This document shows, one piece after another, positions 46,600 through 56,537 of a stretch of 64,000 bases of DNA; within the stretch, counting starts at the first letter, position 1; the number at the start of each line of letters is the position of its first letter. The DNA comes from an uncultured Oscillospiraceae bacterium (GTDB lineage: Bacteria > Bacillota > Clostridia > Oscillospirales > JAAYXM01), in contig CAKUEM010000005.1 of assembly GCA_934646115.1 (NCBI GenBank), forward strand, positions 3,514 to 67,513. The letters are read 5' to 3'. Made by a program: the position numbers and the translations under genes. The notes beneath the pieces are model-generated. The model saw nothing but the letters and a program-made list of their open reading frames with translations. It ran no database searches and was not told the origin of the DNA.

Positions 46600-48201
46600 T
46601 TACAGTATGTTATTCTCTTTCTTCCATTCGATGTATTCATCATAGGTGCAGGAACGGTCGATCACGCCGTCCTCGCGCAGCTCAATGATACGGTTTGCGA
46701 TCGTATTGATAAACTCATGGTCATGGGACGTGAAGATCACGTTGCCCTTAAAATCGCAAAGACCCTGGTTGACCGCGGTGATCGATTCCAGATCCAGGTG
46801 GTTTGTCGGCTGATCAAGCACCAGGATATTCGCGCCGAACATCATCATGCGCGAGAGCATGCAGCGCACGCGCTCGCCGCCGGAAAGCACCTGCACGGAC
46901 TTGAAGACCTCTTCGCCGGAAAACAGCATCCGCCCCAAAAAACCGCGCAGATAGGTCTCTGTCTGATCCTTGGAATACTGGCGCATCCAGTCGATGATCG
47001 AGAGCGGGCAATCGTCGAAAAACGCGCCGTTATCCTTTGGAAAATATGACTGCGACGTGCTGATGCCCCACTTATAGCTGCCGGACGCCGCATCGCGCTC
47101 GCCCATCAAAACCTGCAGCAGCGCGGTCGCGGCCAGCTCATTTTCCGCAAGGATCGCGATTTTATCGCCGCGCCCGAGCCGGAACGACACATTCTGAAAC
47201 AGCACCTCGCCGTCTGCGCTGCACGAAAGATCCTCTACCGCAAGCAGCTCCTTACCCGGCTCACGATCCATCTCAAAGCCGACGAACGGATAACGCCGGC
47301 TGGAAGCGGGCAGCTCTTCGATCGTCATTTTATCCAGCAGCTTGCGGCGCGAGGTCGCCTGCCGCGATTTTGACTTATTGGCAGAAAAGCGGCGGATAAA
47401 TTCCTCCAGCTCGCGGATCTTTTCCTCCGCCTTTTTATTCTGCTGCTTGACCATGCGCTGGATCAGCTGGCTGGAATCATACCAAAACTCATAGTTGCCG
47501 ACATACATGCGGATCTTATTGTAATCGATATCCACAATATGCGTACACACGGTGTTTAAAAAGTGGCGGTCATGCGATACCACAATGACCGTGCCGGGGT
47601 ATTCCATCAAAAAATCCTCCAGCCAGTCGACCGCGAGCACGTCTAAATGGTTGGTCGGCTCGTCGAGCAGGATGATATCCGGCTCGCCAAACAGCGCCTG
47701 CGCGAGCAGGATCTTGACCTTTTCGTTGCCGCCAAGCCCCGCCATCTGCGCCTCTAATATGCTCTCCGGCAGACCGAGACCCTGCACCAGGCGCGACGCC
47801 TCGCTCTCCGCCTCCCAGCCGTTTAACTCGGCAAACTGTCCTTCCAGCTCGGAAACGCGAATTCCGTCTTCATCGTTAAAATCCGGCTTCTCATACAGCG
47901 CTTCTTTTTCCTTCATGATATCATACAGCTTGCGGTTGCCCATAATGATCGTGTCGAGCACGCTGTATTCATCAAACGCAAAATGATCCTGCTTGAGTAC
48001 CGACATGCGAATTTCCGGCGGGATGATGACCTCGCCGCTCGTCGGCTCCAGCACGCCGGATAAAATTTTTAAAAACGTAGATTTCCCCGCGCCGTTCGCG
48101 CCGATCACACCGTAGCAGTTGCCGGGCGTGAATTTTAAATCTACGTCTTTAAATAAATCCGTTCCGTCAAAATTCAAGCTGAGATTGGATACTGTAATCA
48201 T
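46600..48201 (-). CDS. ABC-F family ATPase (two NBDs, no TM domain)
   Basis: GANGAGKST and GERDAASGS-type Walker A motifs, two LSGGE signatures, and an inter-domain linker ..KKAEEKIRELEEFIRRF.. Confidence 0.88.
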   Translation of the reverse strand: MITVSNLSLNFDGTDLFKDVDLKFTPGNCYGVIGANGAGKSTFLKILSGVLEPTSGEVIIPPEIRMSVLKQDHFAFDEYSVLDTIIMGNRKLYDIMKEKEALYEKPDFNDEDGIRVSELEGQFAELNGWEAESEASRLVQGLGLPESILEAQMAGLGGNEKVKILLAQALFGEPDIILLDEPTNHLDVLAVDWLEDFLMEYPGTVIVVSHDRHFLNTVCTHIVDIDYNKIRMYVGNYEFWYDSSQLIQRMVKQQNKKAEEKIRELEEFIRRFSANKSKSRQATSRRKLLDKMTIEELPASSRRYPFVGFEMDREPGKELLAVEDLSCSADGEVLFQNVSFRLGRGDKIAILAENELAATALLQVLMGERDAASGSYKWGISTSQSYFPKDNGAFFDDCPLSIIDWMRQYSKDQTETYLRGFLGRMLFSGEEVFKSVQVLSGGERVRCMLSRMMMFGANILVLDQPTNHLDLESITAVNQGLCDFKGNVIFTSHDHEFINTIANRIIELREDGVIDRSCTYDEYIEWKKENNIL

Positions 48202-48237
48202 AAAAACTCCTTCGTGACCCTGTTTTTCGCGCGCGTT

Positions 48238-48915
48238 TTATTCGATATTCGGAAGCTGCCATTGAATCGGCGGCAGATTTTCCGCCTCAAGCAGCGCATT
48301 TGTTTTTGAAAAATGGCGGCAGCCGAAAAAGCCCCGGCTTGCCGAAAGCGGGCTGGGGTGCGGCGCGCGCAGCACCATATGCCGCAAATTGGTAACCAGC
48401 GCTTCCTTTGCGAGCGCATTCTTGCCCCAAAGCAGGAAAATCAGCGGCTGCTCCCGCTCGTTTAAGCAGGTGATCACCCGATCGGTAAACTGCTCCCACC
48501 CGCGACCGCGATGCGAGTTCGGCTCGTTCGCGCGCACGGTGAGCGCCGTGTTTAACAGCAGCACGCCCTGCTTTGCCCACGGGACCAGATAGCCGTTATT
48601 TGGGATCGTGATCCCCACATCGGTCTGCTGCTCTTTAAAAATATTCACAAGCGACGGCGGCGCAGGCACGCCGGGCTGAACCGAAAACGCAAGTCCATGC
48701 GCCTGCCCCTCGCCATGATAGGGATCCTGCCCGAGGATGACCACGCGCACGTCCGCATACGGCGTGAGCCGCAGGGCGTTAAAAATATTCTCCCGCGCGG
48801 GATATACCGTTGCATGCTGATATTCTTCCTCTAAAAATGCTTGCAGCGCAAGAAAATAATCCTTAGAAAATTCGTCTTGCAGCAGCGCGTCCCAATCATT
48901 TCCGAATGTCGGCAT
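48238..48915 (-). CDS. ung: Uracil-DNA glycosylase (family 1)
   Basis: VVILGQDPYHGEGQAHGLAFSV and HPSPLSA motifs. Confidence 0.93.
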   Translation of the reverse strand: MPTFGNDWDALLQDEFSKDYFLALQAFLEEEYQHATVYPARENIFNALRLTPYADVRVVILGQDPYHGEGQAHGLAFSVQPGVPAPPSLVNIFKEQQTDVGITIPNNGYLVPWAKQGVLLLNTALTVRANEPNSHRGRGWEQFTDRVITCLNEREQPLIFLLWGKNALAKEALVTNLRHMVLRAPHPSPLSASRGFFGCRHFSKTNALLEAENLPPIQWQLPNIE

Positions 48916-49927
48916 CCCGTACCTTCAGCTCCTCATATAATTTCCGATAGCGCGCAAGCTCGCGGCGGAGCAGCGCCGGCGTATCCAGCCCGTAGGGGCA
49001 ATGCTGCTTGCAGTGCCCGCAGCCGATGCACTTCTCAATCAAATTCATTTTATCGCGCCATTCATCGCTTAAATAATTTTCATACGGCGCGCGGCCGATC
49101 AAAAACGAAATGCGCGCCGCCGTCCAGATCTCGATGCCGGCAGGGCATGGCATACAATAGCCGCAGCCGCGGCAGAAATCGCCGCCCAGATCGCGCCGCT
49201 GCTGTGCGATCGCCGTTTCGATCTCTGCGTTATCCTCCGGCGGATTTTGCTCAAGCGCAAGCCATTCTTCCAGTTCCTCCATCCGCTGCACGCCATAAAT
49301 CGGCACAACGTTTGGGTATCGGTCAAGAAACGCGAACGCCGCGCGCGCGTTTGAGATCAGCCCGCCCGAGATCGCCTTCATCGCGATAAAGCCGATATCC
49401 CGCTCGGCGCAAAGGCGAACCAGCTCGGTCTCCGTCTCGCCGGAAAGCAGACAGAACGGAAATTGCAGCGTTTCAAACAGACCAGACTCAATCGCTGCGC
49501 GCGCCACGCCCGGGCGATGGTTCGTGATGCCGATATGGCGGATCTTTCCCGCCTTCTTCGCCTGCAACAGAAAATCATAGATCTCGTCCGAGGGCAGCTC
49601 CGCCGGGTTGTGCAGCTGATAAATATCGATATAATCGGTTTTCATGCGGCGCAGGCTTAAATCCAGATTGCGGCGCACCGTGTCGAGATCCTCCATCGAT
49701 GTTTTTGTGGAAATAATGATCTTGTCGCGCACGTCGGCGAGCGCGTAGCCGATTTTTTCCTCGCTGTCGGTATAGGCATTTGCCGTGTCGAAATAATTCA
49801 CGCCCGCATCATATGCGCGGCGCAGCAGCCGCGCCGCCTCGTCGAACGACACACGCTGAATGGGCAACGCGCCAAACGACGTTTTCGTGACCATCAGCCC
49901 GGTTTTTCCCAGCCGTACTTTTCTCAC
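48896..49927 (-). CDS. Aldo/keto reductase with a C-terminal 4Fe-4S-binding extension
   Basis: ..GVNYFDTANAY.., IGITNH, then CRGCGYCMPCPAG and CIGCGHCKQHCPYG. Confidence 0.85.
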   Translation of the reverse strand: MRKVRLGKTGLMVTKTSFGALPIQRVSFDEAARLLRRAYDAGVNYFDTANAYTDSEEKIGYALADVRDKIIISTKTSMEDLDTVRRNLDLSLRRMKTDYIDIYQLHNPAELPSDEIYDFLLQAKKAGKIRHIGITNHRPGVARAAIESGLFETLQFPFCLLSGETETELVRLCAERDIGFIAMKAISGGLISNARAAFAFLDRYPNVVPIYGVQRMEELEEWLALEQNPPEDNAEIETAIAQQRRDLGGDFCRGCGYCMPCPAGIEIWTAARISFLIGRAPYENYLSDEWRDKMNLIEKCIGCGHCKQHCPYGLDTPALLRRELARYRKLYEELKVRDADIRK

Positions 49928-51042
49928 GGGCGATACACCGCTTTCACGCTCTCCATCATTTCATATCCGCATTCATCGCGTAACAGCGCCTCAATCTGCG
50001 CAATGCTCTCGCCGCTCCAGCCATATGAGCCAAACGCAAGCCCCACGCGGTTCTTGGGCGCCAAACCCTTGAGATATGTGGTAAACGCCGCGACCGTGGG
50101 CATTACATTGCGGTTGAGCGTGGGCGAGCCGACCGCGATATACCGCGCCTCCAGCACATCGGAGATCGCTTCGGACACATGCGTTTTGGCAAGGTCGATC
50201 CTCTTTGCGTGGACCCCGCGCGATTCAAAGTCTGCCGCAATGCGCTCTGCCAGAATCCGTGTCGAGCCCCACATCGTGTCATATATAACGACCGCGCGGT
50301 CCTCGTCCGACTCATAGTTCGCCCATTTTTTATATTTTTCAAGCATCTGCGGGATATAGCTGCGTAAAATCACGCCGTGGCTCGGGCAGATCATGCGGAT
50401 CGAAAGCTGCGCCGCCTCCGCCAGCACTTTATTGACCTGCGCGCCAAACGGCAGAACGATATTGGCATAATAATTGCCCGCGCGCTCGAGCAGACGCTCC
50501 AGCCCGATCTCATCGTCAAAGCGCTCTTTCGTTGCCAGATGCTGACCAAACGCATCGTTTGAGAACAAGATCTCCTCCTCCGCGAGGTAGGTGCTCATGC
50601 TGTCCGGCCAATGCACCATCGGCATCGGCAGAAAATGAAAATGATAGCGCCCGGTGCAGAGCGTATCGCCTTTTTTAACGGGAACGAGGTTAAAATCGCG
50701 CTTATAATACTGCTTCAGACCGCGCCCCGCCGCCGCAGTCGCATAAATCGGAACATTCGGCAAGCGCTCGGCAAGCGCAGGCAGCGCGCCGGAATGGTCC
50801 GGCTCGATATGATTACAGATCATCACATCGATCTTCTCAAGCGGAACAACGCGCTCGATATTCGCAATCAAATCCTCCGTAAACGGCTCTTTCACAAAAT
50901 CGATCAATGTGATCTTTTCATCGATGACCAGATATGCGTTATAGGTCGCGCCAAACGGCACGAGATAGCCGTGAAACATCCGCACGTCATAATCTTCCGA
51001 ACCAACATAATAAATATTGTCGCAAATCTTTACCGTAGACAT
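49924..51042 (-). CDS. Flavodiiron protein (FprA-type: metallo-beta-lactamase plus flavodoxin domains)
   Basis: MSTVKICDNIYYVG.., NHIEPDHSG, then flavodoxin-like VVIYDTMWGSTR..GSPTLN..FGSYGWSGE. ATG at 51042 after GGAGG. Confidence 0.88.
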   Translation of the reverse strand: MSTVKICDNIYYVGSEDYDVRMFHGYLVPFGATYNAYLVIDEKITLIDFVKEPFTEDLIANIERVVPLEKIDVMICNHIEPDHSGALPALAERLPNVPIYATAAAGRGLKQYYKRDFNLVPVKKGDTLCTGRYHFHFLPMPMVHWPDSMSTYLAEEEILFSNDAFGQHLATKERFDDEIGLERLLERAGNYYANIVLPFGAQVNKVLAEAAQLSIRMICPSHGVILRSYIPQMLEKYKKWANYESDEDRAVVIYDTMWGSTRILAERIAADFESRGVHAKRIDLAKTHVSEAISDVLEARYIAVGSPTLNRNVMPTVAAFTTYLKGLAPKNRVGLAFGSYGWSGESIAQIEALLRDECGYEMMESVKAVYRP

Positions 51043-51213
51043 GGAAAAACCTCCGTTTCTTACTGGCGGGCGCGCGCCGCGTCTGCGCGAGCTTGATACC
51101 GCGTGATTTAAATTATATTTTTTATCATATCCGCATACAGCGGGCAAGCGTCATGCGCCCCCTCTCTCAACGAAATCATGCGCCGATAGGGGCGAATTTT
51201 CTTCATATTTCAA

Positions 51214-51250
51214 CAAAAAACGGTATGGAACAACGCGCTCCATACCGTTT
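51214..51250 (-). terminator. Rho-independent terminator of rpmE
   Basis: aaacggtatgga/tccataccgttt stem with a T-run on the minus strand. Confidence 0.8.
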
Positions 51251-51262
51251 GCGTGACAAAGC

Positions 51263-51481
51263 TTACTTTTTCTCGCCATTCTGAGAAAGATTGAACTTTC
51301 TGTTAAAGCGATCGACGCGGCCGCCCGTATCCACAAGCTTCTGCTTGCCGGTAAAAAACGGATGGCACTTAGAGCACACGTCAACGCGCAGGTTCTCCTT
51401 CGTGGAACCAGTCTCTATCACTTCGCCGCACGCGCAAACGATTTTCGTCTGCCCATACTTCGGATGAATGCCCTCTTTCAT
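51263..51481 (-). CDS. rpmE: 50S ribosomal protein L31 (Cys-containing type)
   Basis: [46 protein letters not shown] at 51481 after GAGGTG. Confidence 0.95.
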   Translation of the reverse strand: MKEGIHPKYGQTKIVCACGEVIETGSTKENLRVDVCSKCHPFFTGKQKLVDTGGRVDRFNRKFNLSQNGEKK

Positions 51482-51523
51482 GATTTTCACCTCTTTCGTG
51501 AAACAAATCTACACAGTATTTAA

Positions 51524-51552
51524 ATGATAACACACCCTGTTTGTAAAATCAA
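51524..51552 (-). promoter_or_regulatory. Candidate sigmaA promoter for rpmE (TTGATT-17-TATCAT)
   Basis: Minus strand: TTGATT (51547-51552), a 17-nt spacer, TATCAT (51524-51529). Confidence 0.45.
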
Positions 51553-51989
51553 GAGCAAACGCAAGATTTTTTCAAAAGAATTCTGAAATATTCATGCGCC
51601 GGGGAGATTTTGGGTCAACCAAAGCCAAAATTCGGCAAAACTTGCGCATATTTCCCGCCCGGCAGAGCGCGCGCACGCACGGCTTTTGTGATCCGTTTTG
51701 TCATTTCCCTGCGCACATCGCGCGCACTGCACGGGGCGTGTACGCGTCGATCGCCCCGAAAAACAGCGCTCTGATTTCGGCCGCGCACCGCGCGACCGTG
51801 CCGCAGCGCTTATCTGCGTGCTTGCGCCATGAGCCGCATGGTTCGCGGTAAAACTCTTGCCCTGTGCGCATTGCAATTTGCCAAGGGAAAAACGCACGAA
51901 TCTATATGCGCGCGGCAAAATCCTGCGCGCGGGATAAGCATCTCTGCCCGTTACAGGCAAATCCCGCGTGCAAGTCCTGATTTTCTGAG

Positions 51990-52026
51990 AAAAATGTCAT
52001 TCCCGGAGCAATGCCCCGGGAATGAC
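51990..52026 (-). terminator. Rho-independent terminator of the solute-binding-protein gene
   Basis: gtcattcccgg/ccgggaatgac stem, followed on the minus strand by ATTTTTCTC. Confidence 0.75.
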
Positions 52027-52060
52027 GAAAGGAATCAATCCATAATCAACATGGATAAAA

Positions 52061-53611
52061 TTACTTGCCCATTACGCGGTCATACGCCTGCGAGTAGATC
52101 TCGACCAGGCGATCCGCGCCCGCATCCTTAATATCCTTCACATAGGTATCCCAATAGCTCATCGGCAGCTGGCCAACCAACATCTTGCTGATGTTCTCCT
52201 CAACATAGGTGCCGATGTCCTGCTTCAGCTTGGTCGCCTCGTTATCCTCTTCCTTGTTGAGCGGCAGCCACAGGGTCGGATTGACGTTATCATCCGTGTA
52301 GTTTACTGCCTTATGGCACTCCTCCACCTGCTCAGCGCTATAGCCGGCCTCGTTTGCCTCGATAGAGATAAATTGAAGAATACCATGCGTGCCAACGCCA
52401 TAGAGCAGCTGCGGCGTATCGTCTTCCTTCGGGAGGATGTACTGCTTCTTGCCATCCTTCACCTCATAGGTCTCGCCTTCCTTACCCCAGGAAAGCAGCT
52501 CCTTACCCTCGTCAGAATACATCCAGTCGAGCACAGAAAGCGCGGTATTGATGTTGTCCTGCTTGCCGGTGTTGCAAACGAGGTAGCCGGAAAAGCTTAC
52601 ATTGGTCTTCGTCAGCTTCGAAGCGCCCTGCGGCGTGTTCGGAACCGGCGGCGCCATCGATGCCCAGGTATATTCCGGATACGTCGGGCGGTTGATTTTA
52701 TTGAAGTAATCGATGCGGACGATATACTCAAAGGTAACGAACCCGCGGTCGGTGCTCATCAGCTCCTCCCAGCTCTTCGTATTCGTCGTCAGATACTCCG
52801 GAGAGATCAGACCCTCCGCATGAAGCTTTGAGAAATAAGTAACCAGATCCTTCATTGCCGGCTGGATCGGACCGAATTTCCAGGTAGAATCCGTAAAGTC
52901 ATAGTAAGAGTTCAGCGACATATACGGCGCCCAGCTGGAAGCGAACGTATCAATACGCGCGAGACCATCGCGCAGGCAGATCGGATAGGAATTCGGATAA
53001 GCTTTCTTTAGCTTCTTCGCCGCCTCATACATCTCGTCATACGTGGTCGGAACCGCGACGTTGTTCTTCTCGAAGATGTCCTTGCGATAGAGCCAGCTGC
53101 GCAGGTTGTTGATCGTCTGCGTGCCGTAGATCGGCGCGGAATACATCTTGCCGTCCGCCGAGGTGCGCTGCATGACCAGATCCTTGCGCTCCGCCTCCGG
53201 CAGGGAATTTAAGAACGCGCTCATGTTTGGCATCTTGTCTAAATTGTCCGAAAGACTGACGAACGCGCCAGACTCTGCATAGCTGTCCTCTGTTGCCTTG
53301 ACCCACATATAGATCATATCCGGCAGCGTGTCCTTCGAGGACATCATCAGGCTGACCTTGGTGTCAAAATCAGTATCCGGGATCGCATGCACCTTCAGGT
53401 TCACGCCCGTCCCCTCGCGGAAATACTCCCACGTTTTCCACTTCTCGTTGTACGGCCAGCTTGCTGCCGATGAAACGACAACGTCAAGCTCGCTCACTTT
53501 TTTGCCCGTGTCCGCCGGGTTCTCCTTCGAGCCGTTGCATGCTGCAAATGACAAGATCATTCCAGCGGCAAGAAGCCCTGCTGTCACGCGTTTCCAGATG
53601 CTACATTTCAT
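52061..53611 (-). CDS. Large extracellular solute-binding lipoprotein (ABC family-1 sugar-type SBP)
   Basis: Start taken at MKCSIWKRVTAGLLAAGMILSFAAC (lipobox), preceded by GGAGGAGGAG. About 516 aa. The 90 extra N-terminal codons of the track ORF have no RBS support. Confidence 0.8.
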   Translation of the reverse strand: MKCSIWKRVTAGLLAAGMILSFAACNGSKENPADTGKKVSELDVVVSSAASWPYNEKWKTWEYFREGTGVNLKVHAIPDTDFDTKVSLMMSSKDTLPDMIYMWVKATEDSYAESGAFVSLSDNLDKMPNMSAFLNSLPEAERKDLVMQRTSADGKMYSAPIYGTQTINNLRSWLYRKDIFEKNNVAVPTTYDEMYEAAKKLKKAYPNSYPICLRDGLARIDTFASSWAPYMSLNSYYDFTDSTWKFGPIQPAMKDLVTYFSKLHAEGLISPEYLTTNTKSWEELMSTDRGFVTFEYIVRIDYFNKINRPTYPEYTWASMAPPVPNTPQGASKLTKTNVSFSGYLVCNTGKQDNINTALSVLDWMYSDEGKELLSWGKEGETYEVKDGKKQYILPKEDDTPQLLYGVGTHGILQFISIEANEAGYSAEQVEECHKAVNYTDDNVNPTLWLPLNKEEDNEATKLKQDIGTYVEENISKMLVGQLPMSYWDTYVKDIKDAGADRLVEIYSQAYDRVMGK

Positions 53612-53995
53612 AATATTCTCCTCCTCCATATTTTCTACTATCGGCTTTCCTTGACACGATAATAGTAACACACACATTTTGCAAATACAAGCCATAAAAT
53701 CAGTGGTTTTATCTCTTTTCCCAAACTTTTTTAAAAAATTGCAGGTTTTGCGGCATTGTTGCGCAGAATCTTGCAAATTGTTATGTTGCGCGCAGCATAT
53801 CATGCACATTGTTGCTTTACAAATGCAGTTCTCAGAAGCAATAAATTGTTCTATAGCATAAAATAATGGATGAATTTCCAAAAGTGTTTAGTTAATAATA
53901 CCATATCCTCTTGACAGTTGCCACTGCTGTTTGATAAAATAATCGTGCATATTGTACGATTTTCACATGAGGTGCGAATGGAGGGGATGGATCCC

Positions 53996-54838
53996 ATGGA
54001 TGAAAATATTCGCATTGCCGCATTCGAGGCGCATAACACCTATGACTTTATCGTTGGGCGCGGCGAGGAGCATTATAGCGCCGCCCCGGGCGATGTGATC
54101 GGACCTCTGATTCGCGAGTTTTACGTATTGAAATACTGCAAGAGCGGGCGGGGCGAGCTAATGATCAACGGGCATAGCTTTCCGGTCTCAGCCGGGCAAT
54201 GCTATATGATCTGCCCGGGCGATGTGGCGATCGAAACCGCCGATGCGCACGATCCATGGTGCTGCGCCTATTTGGTTTTCATCGGAACGCGCGCAAACAT
54301 GCATTTTCAAAAGCTGGGCATCACCGCAGCTACGCCGCTGTTTCCCTGGCGCGAAAACGCACAGTTCCTTGCGCGGGTCGAGGAGGTTGCGCAGGACTGC
54401 AACATTGCCGCGCTGCCGAGCGAAGCGCGGCGCATCTCCTATGCATACCTGATTTTAGACGAGCTGCAAACTTGTCTGGGGCAATTTTCCGGCACGATGA
54501 GCTTGGCAGAAGGCTATGTCAACCGCGCGCTGGTATTTATCGAGCAAAACTTCTCGCAAAATATCACGGTTTCTGACATTGCGGCGCATCTCGGGCTGAC
54601 CCGCGGCTATTTCTCCAGCATTTTCCGAAAGCAGATGCAGATCACACCGCAGGAATATCTGATCAGCTTTCGCATTGCGCGCGCGTGCGAGCTGTTTGCC
54701 TATCCCAACGCGACCGTGGCGAGCGTGGCGAACTCACTGCACTATGAGCCGTCGGTCTTTTTCCGGCATTTTCGGCGCATTGTGGGCGTTTCGCCCTCGG
54801 AATACAAGCGCCATTTGCAGGAAACGCGCCGCCGTTGA
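53996..54838 (+). CDS. AraC-family transcriptional regulator
   Basis: Cupin-like N-domain plus ..VSDIAAHLGLTRGYFSSIFRKQMQITPQEYLISFRIARACELF..SVANSLHYEPSVFFRHFRRIVGVSPSEYKR. The start is uncertain (ATG at 53978, 53987 or 53996). Confidence 0.8.
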   Translation: MDENIRIAAFEAHNTYDFIVGRGEEHYSAAPGDVIGPLIREFYVLKYCKSGRGELMINGHSFPVSAGQCYMICPGDVAIETADAHDPWCCAYLVFIGTRANMHFQKLGITAATPLFPWRENAQFLARVEEVAQDCNIAALPSEARRISYAYLILDELQTCLGQFSGTMSLAEGYVNRALVFIEQNFSQNITVSDIAAHLGLTRGYFSSIFRKQMQITPQEYLISFRIARACELFAYPNATVASVANSLHYEPSVFFRHFRRIVGVSPSEYKRHLQETRRR

Positions 54839-54854
54839 ATCCGCTGCAAGTTTC

Positions 54855-54898
54855 AAAAAGCTGAGCCCGCATCTTCCCATGCGGGCTCAGCTTTTTTT
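54855..54898. terminator. Bidirectional terminator (18-bp stem aaaaagctgagcccgcat/atgcgggctcagcttttt)
   Basis: Read directly. It lies between the AraC gene (+) and the VanZ-like gene (-). Confidence 0.85.
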
Positions 54899-55367
54899 AT
54901 TCATGAGTATTGCGCTTTTTGCGCCTTCGCGCAGTCAGGTAAACCACCGCGCAGGCAAGCAAGATCCCGGTCAATGCGCCGGAAAAATCGAGCAGCACAT
55001 CGGAGACCTGCCCCGAGCGCCCCTCAACAACCAGCTGCAGCGTTTCATCCAAAACCGGAACAAGCAGTCCGAAAAAGAGCGGCAGAAAGATATTTTGCCG
55101 GATTTTTGCGGAAAACGAGCGCAGCGTGGCGAGCAGCAGCGCGCCAAGTATAAAATATTCTAAAAAATGCCCGCTTTTCCGAATGATATGATTGGTCAGC
55201 CCGGTCTGTACACCATGCCGCTCAAACAGCGCCTCGATCCATGCGAGCACGCCGTGGCTCACCCCGTCGGACACCTCCGCCGTTTGTGCGGAGTTGAAAA
55301 ATATAAACGCCGTCATGGCACAGGTCAGCGCAACGCATATGCACTGCCAAATTCTTTGTTTCCGCAT
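54897..55367 (-). CDS. VanZ-like membrane protein
   Basis: 156 aa, four TM segments. ..IIRKSGHFLEYFILGALL.. motif. Confidence 0.7.
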   Translation of the reverse strand: MRKQRIWQCICVALTCAMTAFIFFNSAQTAEVSDGVSHGVLAWIEALFERHGVQTGLTNHIIRKSGHFLEYFILGALLLATLRSFSAKIRQNIFLPLFFGLLVPVLDETLQLVVEGRSGQVSDVLLDFSGALTGILLACAVVYLTARRRKKRNTHE

Positions 55368-55382
55368 CGCAACGTCTCTTTT

Positions 55383-56537
55383 CTACCGAAAAATTTTCTT
55401 TTCGTGCAGGATCTCCTCCATCTCGCGCACGCGCGCCTCCCACGAGCACGCCTGCCCATAGGTGATACGCAAGCGGGTTTTCTCATCGTCCGGCTCAGAA
55501 AGCGCCTGCTCGCATTTTTCTACGAAATCTGCCGCGCCGTATGAGATATACACCGCGTCGCTGTAGCCGAGCACCTGCTCGGGCTGCGGCGTGCTGACCA
55601 CGGGCTTGCCGGTCGCCATATACTCAAAAAACTTGAGCGGGCTGACGTCTTTTGCCAAATCGCCGGAGCGGAACACGTTTAAGCACACATCGAACGCGCC
55701 GAGATACGCCGGCATCTCCGCATACGGCTTCATGCCGAGGAAATGCACATTCGGATACTGGCGCAAAAAATCAAGATTCACGCCCGGCATCGGTCCGCCG
55801 ACCAACACGACCGACCAATCCGGCCGCTCCTTTGCGACCTGCTCGATCAGCGAATAATCAATGCATTCCTGCAGCATACCGGAAAATCCGATGATCGGAT
55901 GCGCAAGCCCCTTCATATCCTCCGGAATCGGCAATTTCCCGCCCGCCGCAGAGTGAAAGTGTTCAAAATTTACGCCGTTTGGCAGCATGACCGCATCTTC
56001 ATTATACGCGCAAAGTGTGTCATACAGCCCGATCGCGGTTGCAAAAACCTGATCGGCGCGCTTTGCCAAGTCGCGCTCCATTCCATTGACCGTATCGACG
56101 TTGATCAGCCCTTTATAGGCGGCATGCCGGTCCACGCAGTCATACACCAGCGCGCGATGCGGAATATGCCCCACCGCGTCGCCGCTCATCGGCGAATAGC
56201 ACCAAAGGACCGCATCGTCAAACCCATGCCGCTTCATGCGGCGGCGGACATACCGCGCGATCTTACGCTGATTCAGCTTGTTGATCCAGCGAAACTTGTT
56301 ATAAAACGGCAGGACCGGCGGCAACGAATACACCGTGATATGCGGCGCGACCTGCTCGCCCGGCTTGCGCCACGCAAACAACCGCGAGAAGCATTTTTTG
56401 TCCTTCAGCGGCGCGATCCACGTGACCGGCGGATCAAAATAGAGCACTGCCGCATTTTTCAGTCGGCTCATCACATGCTGCTTGCGCGTGGGAAACGGGT
56501 GCCAAGTGCTGGTAGATAAGCAAACAATCTTATTCAT
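55383..56537 (-). CDS. Glycosyltransferase (GT1/GT4 fold, TuaH-like)
   Basis: MNKIVCLSTSTWHPFPTRKQHVMSRL.. and a C-terminal ..PLKFFEYMATGKPVVST.. motif. The ATG at 56537 overlaps the upstream stop. Confidence 0.7.
   Translation of the reverse strand: MNKIVCLSTSTWHPFPTRKQHVMSRLKNAAVLYFDPPVTWIAPLKDKKCFSRLFAWRKPGEQVAPHITVYSLPPVLPFYNKFRWINKLNQRKIARYVRRRMKRHGFDDAVLWCYSPMSGDAVGHIPHRALVYDCVDRHAAYKGLINVDTVNGMERDLAKRADQVFATAIGLYDTLCAYNEDAVMLPNGVNFEHFHSAAGGKLPIPEDMKGLAHPIIGFSGMLQECIDYSLIEQVAKERPDWSVVLVGGPMPGVNLDFLRQYPNVHFLGMKPYAEMPAYLGAFDVCLNVFRSGDLAKDVSPLKFFEYMATGKPVVSTPQPEQVLGYSDAVYISYGAADFVEKCEQALSEPDDEKTRLRITYGQACSWEARVREMEEILHEKKIFR

Noticed and set aside
51701-51871. 56-codon minus-strand ORF (MRTGQEFYREPCGSWRKH..AIDAYTPRAVRAMCAGK) in the unassigned GC-rich region.
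   Set aside because: There is no SD sequence and no recognisable motif. It cannot be distinguished from a chance ORF in GC-rich DNA.
52061-53881. N-terminally extended versions of several track ORFs: the 606-aa SBP, the 407-aa FprA, the 142-aa AtpE, the 259-aa TIM-barrel protein and the 270-aa PstB, among others.
   Set aside because: The extensions lack an RBS, overlap upstream genes or intergenic promoters, and add non-homologous residues. Internal ATG/GTG codons with GGAGG-type RBSs give family-typical N-termini.
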